Positions 38,872-50,500 of a DNA stretch of 64,000 nt are shown piece by piece. Numbering within the stretch: the stretch's first letter is position 1; the number at the start of each line of letters is the position of its first letter. The stretch comes from Welwitschia mirabilis (lineage: Eukaryota), in assembly GCA_051453625.1 (NCBI GenBank), contig JBOZIK010000001.1:21703704-21767703 (forward strand), in the 5' to 3' direction. A program made the translations under genes and the position numbers. The notes under the pieces are model-generated. The model was not told the origin of the DNA, did not search any database, and was given only the letters and a program-made list of their open reading frames with translations.

Positions 38872-40115
38872 CATAGGTAATGGAATGAGGATGTAGCACC
38901 CAGCCAGTTTGTTCATTCTACCCTAGCAGGTCAATTTTTGTTTTTTTATTTTGTTTAGCTATGCCGAGATTTCTAGTTTTCTTTAGGCTGGAACAAATCC
39001 AGCCCCCAGCATTGTAAGAGGGAAGTTTTTTGCCTTCTATGCTTTTGTTTCTCATGGTGGTTGGATGGGTTTGTACTTTAAATGCTCCAGTCACTGAAAT
39101 TATTCACAACTTTCATTCAAAAAAATATTATATTATTTCTATTTTGTAATTCTCTATAAAGTTAGAGTCGTATTTTTCTATATGTGTAGTTTAAATGTGT
39201 TGTACTTTTTCTAAAAAGATTGGAAAACCTTTATATAAATTACCTGATCAATTATTGAGAGGCTAAGATTAAAATTTCTTGTTATCATTTCCTTCTTTTT
39301 GTAATACATTATGATTACTATCTAACAAGTGCTTTATTTAATTTTTGGGGACTTTGAGTTGTCAAAATAAAGAAAGTGTACTTTATGTAAAATTAAGAAT
39401 AAGGCTTAAATTGCTTAACTATCTTCTTAGTATTTTCATTGTGGGATACTTAAAAAATTTAGCATGCATTTGAATAGTTTCCATTTTGACATTATTAAAA
39501 AGGATATAATTTATTTTATTTTATCTTAAGGTGAAAAGTAAAAATATTATATAATTTTCTTGCATATTTTCTCTTTCGATATTTCAAAATATTAAACCCT
39601 AAGCTATCATAGATAACTTTTTTGTGTTTTAAATTACAAGAAATGAAGCCTTCTCTTTACACCTTGTTTCCTTTTTCTATTTTCACTATCTTATTATCTT
39701 ATTCTTATTTTTTCTTTATATAGTTAGAATATCATATAATGTTAAAGAATATAGTGAAACATTTTATCTTATGCAAATACATTATTGCATGTTTCATTGC
39801 AAAACAGCACATGTCATAATTGTAATTTGATGAAGTCCATAATTCACATTTTCATTTCAAATGAGCAATTGTTTCTATATGTTATTCCATATATAACTCA
39901 ATACAGTTGGTCTTCAGAAAATGTAATATGACATACCAGGTTTTGTTCTTCACCAAGCATGGTGATGTCAAATTCCTAATCTCTCTAACATACAAATCAT
40001 CCGAAACGGTGACTCTGCCAACTGTAAGTCGAGGGGTTGTTCTGGTTTGCACAGAAAAGAAAACCCACCTTATTAGAAGGGTGTTTAAGCAAACTCTGCT
40101 GACAAGCCAACCCAG

Positions 40116-40283
40116 AGTCTTTCTTGGATTATCAAGCCTTTGCTGAAAACTTATGCAGCAGAACGCTTTCTTCAACCGTCAAATCCTCTGGCAATCCAAT
40201 TAAAAGTCTTTGCTTGGATTTTCAAGCCTTGCTGAAAACTCATGCAGCAGAATGCTATCTTCACCTGTAAAATCTTCTGGAAG
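40116..40283. repeat. ~91-bp tandem duplication in the 3' UTR
   Basis: cttggatt.tcaagcctt..gctgaaaact.atgcagcagaa.gct.tcttca occurs twice. Confidence 0.88.
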
Positions 40284-40349
40284 TGAAACCGACCATCTTC
40301 TGTACTTACTGTCAAGTGAAACCAAAGTAGCTAAATGCAGAGAATGGGT

Positions 40350-40466
40350 TCAGGCTCTGAAGCAGTTTATAGCATGAGAGGTTGCAACGTTTCTGGAACA
40401 ACAGCCGAGTGTCAGCAGCTCCGGAGGATGGCAGCAGCTGATCATATTTCTCTTGAAGTTGAAGCT
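40350..40466 (-). CDS. Terminal coding exon of the DUF688-like gene (SFNFKRNMISCCHPPELLTLGCCSRNVATSHAINCFRA*)
   Basis: Acceptor ctgtttctgttattgccag at 40467+ gives an in-frame phase-0 join to ...KKHPLCM. The intron 40467-41516 is AT-rich. Total protein about 573 aa. Confidence 0.72.
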   Translation of the reverse strand, partial: SFNFKRNMISCCHPPELLTLGCCSRNVATSHAINCFRA

Positions 40467-40668
40467 CTGGCAATAACAGAAACAGATCGTTCTCAGATTA
40501 TTCATTTCTTTTAATTTTTAATTTTTAGAAGAAACTACTTTATGTTTTTTTAATTTATGGCATAGCACATAATATTTCTTAACCTTAAATAATCTAATTG
40601 GTATACTCTTGGAGTAACTGAAGATAAAAATTGAGATTCTTTGTATTATATTCTTAAGAATCTATAAA

Positions 40669-40760
40669 ATTTGTAAGACTGGAAAAAGCTTCAGTTAAAA
40701 TAATTAGAATAGAGATTTGTAAGACTGGAAAAAGCCACAGTTAAAATAATTAGAATAGAG
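40669..40760. repeat. 46-bp tandem duplication in the intron
   Basis: atttgtaagactggaaaaagc..cagttaaaataattagaatagag occurs twice. Confidence 0.9.
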
Positions 40761-40901
40761 TCTCAAAATAATGATCAAGATAGAGTGGAGGCATCGAAAC
40801 AAATCAGCACCCAAAGTTTTAAGTTTAATCCATTTAATATATTTGCATAAATTTTAACTTATAACTAAAGTTTAATAGTTTAATGTAAAAATTAAATTTA
40901 C

Positions 40902-40904
<3 letters not shown>

Positions 40905-40937
<33 letters not shown>
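40905..40937. repeat. (TA)n microsatellite
   Basis: Direct reading. Confidence 0.95.
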
Positions 40938-40938
<1 letters not shown>

Positions 40939-41516
40939 CTTTTACTTAATTTTATTGACGAAGGTAAATATTGAACTTTAGACTTGGATTCCCTACACAA
41001 ATGCATAATTTGTAAAATAACTTATGATTTTAGTGAAAATAAAACTTGAATTTACTACTGCTATGGATACTACATTCTTTGGCTCTCGTATTATATTATA
41101 TAAAGATTAGTTAGATTTTATATCATAAATACCTAAAAATATGTAAATCAAATTTTTATAAATTTAATATTTAATATATATATTTTAATTTTTTTAAAAG
41201 TGTTTTTCTCTTTATTTAGAATCAAATTCACAACCACAAAATCAAATTAGGGAGTACTGCTCTACCATTAACAGAAAACTCAATCCTATGCTTCTAGTTT
41301 TATATCTAACATAATACGATAATAAAACAAATAAAAAAGAAAACCAAATCACTCATAATATTTCTATGAATTTAGGAAAAGTAATTAATTCTTGTTATCA
41401 CCGGTTTCTTAATATTTTTACTTCGTTAGTGCCTATTTGTCACTTATTTCTCATTTGACGACAGACAAAGCAGAATTTCAGATCATTGCAGAGAGACAGC
41501 GAGACAGGTATAGTAC

Positions 41517-43121
41517 CATGCAGAGAGGATGCTTTTTCATTCGGAAGATGGTTCTTCTGGTCTGCTTCCTGTGAGTGCCAACAAGCCTGTCTCTGTCGGC
41601 TTCATCGAGGGGCGTGATCATCGCTGCGTCAACAGACGATCCCTGACTTGAATACTGTTGTGTTGAATACTGTTTACTCATCAAATCCTCCTGCTTTTCA
41701 GACCCACTTGAGCATTCTTGGATTTCTGATTTCTGTTCACCAGATTTCCCAGATGTTTCTTCACAAGAAGAAGTCGAAGAAGAAGATGAAGAAGACGAGG
41801 ATGAGGAAGAAGAAGAAGAGGCCGCTTCCAAAGCAGAATTATTGATCTGGCCAGAAGCTCTGGGCTCAATCTCAGTGGGCGATGGAAAATGAGTTGCAGA
41901 AGGTCTGGGCTCTGCAACAAACACAAAAGTGGATCCCATGGGCGAAGAACAGTAATCATAAGCAGTAATATCACTGTTGGTCTTCACCTGATGATCCCTC
42001 TCAACATCGGCAATACTGAGCTCAAGACAAGGGCTGTCAATGTTGCTGGCAGGCCTTATTAACCCATCGTCATGGGCTGTGAGAAGATTTCTGGATTGCC
42101 AGGGAAGGGAATGCAGAGACCCAGAAACCTCCCAGGAAGAAGCCAGCATTGTGGAAGATGGTCTGGCGCTCCCTCTCTCTAGTTCCTTCGAGCTTTTGCA
42201 ATGGCTTTTTCTGCTTTCCAGTTCCAATACACAGTTGCTGCTTCTGCAATGGCTTTTCCTGCTGTCCAGTTCCAGTTCCAGTACAGAATTGCTGCTTCTG
42301 CAATGGCTCTTTCTGCTGTTCAGTTCCGATACAGAATTGCTGTTTCTGCAATAGCTTTTTCTGCTATCCAGATCCAATACCGAATTGCTGCTTCTGCGAT
42401 CCTCCAGAGGCACTGCCCGGGACATTTCCATGACTGTCAGAAGGCAATTGGCAAGCAATGCCGGTGCAGATTCATGGTCCCTGCGCCTGCTGGGCGATGG
42501 TCTCCAAACTGAAAACTTTGATGCAAAAGAGGACTCTGAAAGAGCCTCACTTCTGCTATATGGCATGTCTTTGAAGGGTACAGAGGTCAGATCCAGTTCA
42601 AACATTTCATCCTCTGGTTCCGAGCAGTCTTCTGCTTCCTTGGCCTTGGGAGACTGTTTCTGGGGTTCCTGCACTGCTTCAGAGACCTTCACCGGGGCTT
42701 TCGTGGGAGGCTCAGGAGGATTCTTGAGCTGGAAAACGTTGAAGAGCTTGGATTGAAGTGTTTTCGACGAATTTGCAGGCTGAAGGACCTTAACAGGTTT
42801 TGGCGAGACTGGTTTTTCTTTGGGTGTTGGCAGAGTGAATGACAGAAGGGGGTCTCGTTTGGCCTGGATTTCCAGAGGCTTTTCTTTCTTAGGAAGGCTA
42901 ATTGGGCTTTCGGGAATGATTATTGGGGTTTCAGAGGGGAATGACTTCTTCGGCTTCCCTGGGCTTTCTTCCCATAGAAATGGAACAGATGCAGGTGGGG
43001 CAAATGAAATAGAGGCCAAGGAATGGCTTTCTTCAGTTATCAGAAGCTCTTTCTCATTGCCCTCTTCCAGTTCTTCGCTTGCAAATGTGTACAGCTCTGC
43101 AATCACTTCATGAAGCAACAT
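41517..43121 (-). CDS. Main coding exon of a DUF688-like, Ser/Pro-rich plant protein (535 codons from the first in-frame ATG)
   Basis: Long uninterrupted GC-richer ORF with motif PASVPFLWEESPGKPK near the N-terminus. Donor ATG|GTACTA at 41517/41516. Confidence 0.88.
42190..42402 (-). repeat. Coding tandem repeat of ~48 bp (RSSNSVLELDSRKSHC-like, 4+ copies)
   Basis: Directly visible in both the protein and the DNA. Confidence 0.92.
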
Positions 43122-43402
43122 TTTTTCACAGCTGCTGCAAAACCTGATATGCAATTGCGGACTTTTTAAGGCTCCAGATGCTACCCTCGGCCACAGATTT
43201 TCCTTTCCAGGGCTCAACTACCCAAGTGCCTGCTTGCCCTCAATTAGCAAAAGTACCCGTGAGCAAAAGAACCAAATACCCAAAAAAATCATGTAGGCCT
43301 CTGAAGCAAACTAATCAGAGGATTGGGCTAACAAAGCTAAGGGCTAGGAAAACTTTCTGCAACCAATTTAGTAACATTTCCAGTTCGTGCTGCCGCAAAT
43401 AC

Positions 43403-43950
43403 CTGGCCGGCCATGATGAGAAGCATCACCAAACAAATTCAGACATGAGGATCGTTCATTTTGGTGTTGACCGTTACCTTCAACCTCTGCATTTTATAAA
43501 TGGTTTAACGGCCGTCTTTGGTGGTTAGTTGCGAGTTCATGCTGAAGCACTTACAGCCGGACTTCTCTACATCTCTGCAACTATTTTCTGGAGTTATTTG
43601 ACCACGGCCGCTTCCTGCGCTTCCACAATATTATAATTCGGAGACTGCAATATATAATTTGATCTTGAAAAGTGAGAAAGGCGAGGTTGGTAAGTGAAAA
43701 CGGAGTACTGGGCAGACATCTTTTTTTCTGTAAATTCCGAGGGAGATTGGAGAGAGGTTAAAAGAGCAACATGTGGCAGACAAAGGCATTCCATATTTCA
43801 CAGATTTCGAAGGCTTTTTTTTGGGTACCCGTTAGGGTTACGTTGCTGCTTCTTTCCTTATGTTTGTCCGTATCATCATTGTAGGGCTCTGTTCTGTGTG
43901 TCGTGCCAAGTCTGAAGGATCCGCGCACTCTCAACTTATTGGTTTACTTT
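43403..43950 (-). promoter_or_regulatory. Putative first exon and promoter of the DUF688-like gene (CpG-retaining island)
   Basis: TATAAAA on minus at ~43492-43498, donor CAG|GTATTTG at 43403/43402. Many intact CGs compared with the surrounding TE DNA. Confidence 0.5.
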
Positions 43951-44399
43951 TCGCAGAATGATTTTGAAATAATGGAAATTAAAAGTAGAACCACATGAAA
44001 GTTGCAATCATGTTAGGGTTTGAAGGAGACTCCTGTTGGCTTCATTTTCAGAGCTTCCTTTTAAGGTCGTGGGCATGGTTTCAAGCCTCTCAGCCAAAAC
44101 TAAGATGCATTCTAATACATTTCCTAAAATGCATTGTAAATTGTATAGTAATAGGACATGGATTTGTGCTACACCTTTAAGTTACTTGACTTAAGTCTAA
44201 TTTTTAAATGTTAGCATGTTGTCTAACCTAAGTTATGATGACTATTGTAAAGTTATAATATATTTTGCTAATGTATTTTAAATCTATAGTTTTTGATGAA
44301 TGTCAAACTTAATGAAGAATTGACTATAAAAGCCTAAAAAGGCTTATAGAAGATAACATAGACAGAATTAGTATTCAAAATAACAAAAAAACCATTAAT

Positions 44400-47300
44400 A
44401 ATAGTTACTTACATTGAAGTGCAGATAAGGTGGTAAATGTCTATAGAAAATTGAAGGCCATCTATATCAAAAAATTATAGGGGGCAATTAACCTCAAAAA
44501 GGAACTTTTCTACTTGCCATCTTATTTGAAAAACAACATGATTTGAAATAGAAGCCTTCTCAACATAAAGTAAATCTTTATGAATGCCTTCATTATGAAA
44601 AACTAAATCAAATGATGTTTTTCCATATGTTACAAACAATAAGACAAATGCATTTCCATCGAAAAGGTAGAGCAAGAGGTAGATTAGGTGCATCACCAAC
44701 GAAAATATCTTTCTCTCATAGTTTATAACCTCCAAAACTTTAGACACCCACAACCAAATAGAAACTGCATATCTGCATTCATAAAAAGTATAGAAAAAAC
44801 TTTCATCTAAACCAAAAGAAGTGCTAATTACTTAAGCAAATCCAAGGTGAAACAAACAATGTTGGAAAAAAACCCATGATGTAAGAGATAACAAGGAAAA
44901 TGCTTCACTTTAGAATGAGTTGGAAATTTTCGAAGTGAATAGAAATGAGATTTTTAAATATGTTCTTACCCACATTCTATCGATGATTGCACCAACGAAC
45001 AAGAATGCAGGTAGAGTAAGAAGGTTGCAGAATTTTTTCGTTCAATAAATAAGATCCATCTACCTACTTAAGAGTGTCCTATATGGATTTATCCTTATTA
45101 ATCAACTAGAGNNNNNNNNNNTATCCACTTAAGAGAATTTCATGTGGATTTTCATTATAAGTCAATTGAAGAATACCTTCCAAAAAAATCCTATAGCTTA
45201 AAATAAGCAAGGCACATTATTGTTGATGAGCCTTATAACATTTAAAAATATTTCCATTGAATCCACTACTCATGAAAATGAATATAGCTTAAAGAAACAT
45301 GCTTTTTCTAAAATCACCTTGACATAGTTCAGCTTGAAAAGATCATATCTTGACCAAAGTCTTTTGCCTCTTCCATTTCTTCCCATCTAGTAAACATAGT
45401 GTTGAATATATATCATGTTTGATAAAACCAAACTTTTCATTATGAGTAATATAAAGTAAAACTAATTTCAAGATATAAGATACAAATTTGGCCAAAACTT
45501 TATATGAAACTTTAGTCAAACTGATTGAGTGTCAATTAATAAAAATATGAGAATCTTAAGATTTCGAAGGAAGTTGAATAACTACTCAATTAATATGAAA
45601 GCTTGAGAAGGCTTTGTAAATAGCTTCTTAAATTACATGCTAGTAGTCTTATCCTATGATATCCTAGTAATTTTATAACATTAGTTTAAAAATCAAAAAA
45701 ATGTAAAGCTTTCCTACTAACTAAAATAAAATAGTATTCTTTCAACGTCATGAGATTAACATTCTTTTCTAAATAAGAATTATGAACTAGAGTTAATTTT
45801 ATTTGGAATAAAAGTTGTGTTTTAAAGAAATAAATTATGATTAAAAATAGCTTCTTTAAAGGTATCCATGAAATAATCCATTGTAAAATTCAAAATACCA
45901 TCTACCTTAACTATCATAGAACTATCAATAAACAATGAAGAGAGACCCTCATTTTTGCTAATATTCAATTTCAAAAAAATTTTAAAAACTCTTTATAATT
46001 ATCATTCTAAATGTAAAACCAAGTTAATATATATTTATTTAAAATATTAGAATCAAAACAAACACCTTATACTTGTAACTAATTTCTAGTATTAGTTAAT
46101 AAATATTGCATTTAAACATTTAGGAGATCTTGCTAAATTTGATAAGATAAGGAGTTAAACATAGAAGAAATAAATGGATATTCATGATTACCAAGTTTAG
46201 CCAGTTGTTTTTGGAATTTATATGTATGATTCCTAATTATATATGAAGTCTAATTCCACTAATATAACCAACTAAAAGAGTAAGTAGGATGAGGTTCAAC
46301 ATTTCATAAAATTTTAAGTGAGTCTTTCCTTATTTCCAAGTAAAATCTTGATAATGCTATCAAATTAAGGATTTCTTTTTAGAGGGATTAGTTGAATGGA
46401 AGTTAACATCCATAAAAAATTAGGAAAAAATTACATAGAAGTATATCTATTAATACTTTAAACGTAAATTAAAAATCAATGATCTAACCTAGTTTGTTAA
46501 TTAATTAAATATTCACCTTAAATTTAATTCAACCTAATCATTGTAAACCTTCTAAGGAATGAGATATATTAAATATTTTTGAAAAATCTAGGTAATATTA
46601 GATAATCTAGAAACTAATTCCTACCATGAAAGGCATTGACTATAAGAATCATTTGAAGTGTAAATGACGCAACTTTTAAAAATACCAAAATTAGAAGTAA
46701 AAGTAGCCCAAGTTTTCCATTTTTAATTATCCTAATCATATGATTATAGAGAGTTATTCCACATTAGATGAGTTACAATACTATCACCTCTCCACCCTTA
46801 TAAATAATACATAGAAACATAGAATTCATTGAAGTCCTTATTAAAGGATAAAATTTTAATTTCTTAAAAAAGAATAAAATTAACAGAGGTAACTAAACAA
46901 AGACATGAACTAGTAAAGTAGTAACTTATCATGGTAACATAGGTCTATGAGACTATGTATCAACTTATATGTAGGAATGCTTAGAGTTTGATATATTGAA
47001 AAAATACATCATAATATTACAATAACTTCATAACCCAAAAAAATGGCAAAACATCCCTTATAAAATCATCAATAAAGGGAATGTTAAAATTAAAACTTTT
47101 AGTAATTATACCTTCTCTTGGGAGTACTAGCACTACAAATGCTAAAATAAATGATTTCAGTGAAAGCCACTAAAATCTAATAATTTCTCTTCACTTAAGG
47201 ATATAATCAACAAAGCTAGAATGGGATCTTATCATCTTAGAGTTAAAATAGATAAATGGAGTAATATTATAAAATATGAAGAACAAGTAGATTTTATTTA

Positions 47301-47800
47301 CAAAACATCATTAAAGATGGGCATTATATTTTCTTCAATGTTACTATCTAGAAATTTTTAGATGAAAATGGGATACGATTACTATAAAAATTTATTATTT
47401 ATTCTAACTTTACACTTTGAAGTTAGACCATTTTATTGAGGTAGTATTTTACAAATGCCTAATGAATCCATTAGCTATTTTCCTAAGCATATGCTTGGAA
47501 TTACATATAAATTCTAGTGCAATAGAGCATCCACATGTTCCAACTTATAACCTCTTATACAGAGGAAAAGTGTTTTACTAGTTGAACTACCACCCAGTTG
47601 GTAAAAAATCACTACTAAATTAATAAATATATTTATTATATAAAATAACAAAATAACTATGAAAAGATTAGAAATAATAAAATCATTGATCTTATATAAA
47701 ATCTTCATAACTATGAAATGTAAATTCAAATATATAACTAGAACAAATCTTCTCACTAATCATTATTTAAAGGTAAAAACACATATAAGAGGTGAAATCC
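44400..47800 (-). mobile_element. Decayed L1-type LINE ORF2 remnant
   Basis: zf-RVT-like HSKVKHFPCYLLHHG...ESFFYTFYECRYAVSIW (~44750-44930) followed by WKCICLIVCNIWKN..DLVFHNE (~44590-44660). Faint RT-like pieces at 46.3-47.2 kb. Confidence 0.65.
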
Positions 47801-48849
47801 TAATAATGAGATTATTTACTAAAGATAATAATTATGAAATTAATATGTAATTTATATTTTACATTGATGATGATAAGGATTCTACTTAAATTCTAATCAT
47901 TGGTGTGGTAATACTACATAGTTTTATTTAGTCAAATAAGAATATGCAAATGTTTAAAATTCTATTTAAATAATTTTCTTATCAAACTCTTTTTTAATTA
48001 CTTGTCTTATTTAAAAATTTTTCCTAGTCATTTCACAATAATTAAACATTTATTTTCAAGATCTTAGATTTTGTATTAAGATTTTATCATTTCTATGCCT
48101 TAGTACATAATAAGTTCTTAAAACATCCTATATTTTAGTCAATTATTATACATGTATTAAATTCATTTTGTTAATAAGAAAATTGCAAATCCTTAATTAT
48201 AAATTTTTTCTCTAAATAGTTTTAACTATTTTCTATAACATTTGTATTTAATTTTAATTAATAATTTGTTAATAAAATAATGTAATGACAATGGCTATCC
48301 CATCCAATCCATTTTTTTCTACCTAGTACCTAATGAAGATTAAGACATTAAAGAAACAGTTAGAACACTTAATTATTACATGTTTCAAAATTTTCATAAG
48401 AGATACTATAATATCTCTTACATATAATATGATCAAAATAATAATAAAACCATGTAATTATTTGTAAAGGCTATATCCACCATTGATGTAAAGCATGCCA
48501 TAAAATCATGGACATGGGATGAAAATAAAAAAGGAATGAATACATAAATATCAATAGTTAGATGCAAAAATTTTTAACTAATAATGAATCTTACTAAAAA
48601 TTCCTTTACAATAAAATAAAAGTAGGTTTTATACTAAAATATATTTCATTCATTCTCATTAATGCAATTCTACTTTATCTATATTAAGTATTCCCTCCAA
48701 TGATTGTTTGTCTTAGACACATGCATATTTCTTTTTCCAAATTCCCTTTATTTTCTTATATTTTTACCTTTATTTTTTTAATTTTTTATAGTTATGAATA
48801 AATCCCTTTATATTATTTATCAACTACATTTAATTTAACTAAAATATGT

Positions 48850-50500
48850 AATGTTTATGAGAACTTGTTAGTTATTATTTTTACTAATCTAGGGGTATCC
48901 TCTGAACTATTTATACTTTTCTCATATAATATGTAGATGACAGAATAGTAGAGTAGTTTTGGCATCTTTTAGTATAGGATTCTTAATTAATTATAAGTTT
49001 TCATTAAGATATCCTTTACTTTTTAGAATCCTATATTGATACTCCATGTTTTAATCATGGACTATGCTAATATTATGGAAATATCTTATACCTATACTAA
49101 TATAAAGATGTTTGAAAGATTAAATGATTAAATCAATATATGTGAAAAATTAAACACTAGTTATTAATTGGATGAATGAAACCTTAGTAGTATAGAAAGG
49201 TGAGAAATTCCTACTTTAATTTTCTAAAACTAGGAAATATGAGTTTGGTTTCATAAGAAGAAGAGAGAAAGAAATGCCTTTTATAGTCTAAAGAGCTATT
49301 TTTAATGATAGTATTTATGGTTTTCTATTATGACAATAAGTTGACAAACTAATGTATTTTATAAATATAATTATCTATAAATATAAGAAATTTGTACTTC
49401 ATGGACATACATTAAAAGATATATTAAAACATGTAAGAGTCGTTTTATGTTCTTCTTAGTTCCTTTTTTTTTAAAGATTAAAAAATAGCTTTTCTCTTTC
49501 ATGCAATATAATGAAAAATATGATTTTCACAAGCTTTTAATTTTAATCTTTATGTCATTTAATAAATATTAGAGTATAGGTTTTGAAAACATGGTGATAA
49601 TAACTACCACATTAGAGATAATATAATATCATATTTGAAGAAAAGATTAAGTAGATAAAAAAGTTTAATGAAAGCCATAATAAAGAAGTTTAATATATTA
49701 TTGAAAAATAATTTCATTCAATAATTTGACTAAGGATAATAATGGAGAGAAAAATCTTAAAGTTAGGTAATGAAAAGTAAGACTATAAAAATGTTTAAAT
49801 AATCTAGTAAATAGTAATAAGTATCAAGGTAAGGGATTATTTTTCCGTAGACTTGTAATCACATGTTTCTTGATTATAAAAGGGTTTAACATCTATTAAA
49901 TAACATTTTTAAATTAACATCTATCAAATAACATTTTTAAATTAACATCTATGAAATAAGGTTCTTATACTATCATAGATTTATTATATAGAGGTCATGA
50001 TAATATCAAAGTTAGTGGACATGTGGTTTCTAAAGTATGATTGGATATTACATTAATACTTTAGTAGAAAACTTGTATTGGGAAAACAAAGATCATTTTT
50101 AAGAATAAAAAATGGATTATTAAAAAACTTTAAAGATAACTCATGTAAAATTAGTTGGGATATTAAATTGTAAGAAACACTAGAAAATATAAGGATTCTT
50201 ATGAGAATTGTATGAATTCCTCTTAAGTTGAAGTGTGAATTTTTTAAATTCTCAACTTTGATAATAAGGCATGAAAAAAAAAGGAAAAAACACATCTTAT
50301 GACTTAGTAAAACTATCTATAACTTGATGTAAATGAGAATACGAATAGTGGAAATAACTTCTATTGAAATTACTTATAAAAAACATGATAATTAATTTCA
50401 ATTCAATTATCTATTCATGAAACATTATACTAATAAAAGTTTAAAAATATACTCATTTATCATAATAAAAGTGCATGGGTTGAAAATAATTAACTTAAAG
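48850..50500 (+). mobile_element. Possible very old Ty1/copia pol remnant
   Basis: LGYP-type motif at ~48890 and PLKLKCE...HEKKRKKHIL (RNase H-like) at ~50220-50300. Weak evidence. Confidence 0.35.
49886..49958. repeat. 28-bp tandem repeat, ~2.5 copies
   Basis: ttaacatctat.aaataacatttttaaa repeated. Confidence 0.9.

Noticed and set aside
39882-40175. 97-aa and 79-aa ORFs
   Set aside because: They lie in the 3' UTR region of the minus-strand gene, use non-ATG starts and show no recognisable motif.
43122-43217. TTG start at 43217 given by the ORF track
   Set aside because: A non-ATG start is unlikely in a plant nuclear gene. The first ATG is at 43121 unless the upstream exon splices in.
41648-43528. 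Short overlapping ORFs on both strands within the main gene
   Set aside because: Shadow frames of a GC-richer, repeat-containing coding exon.
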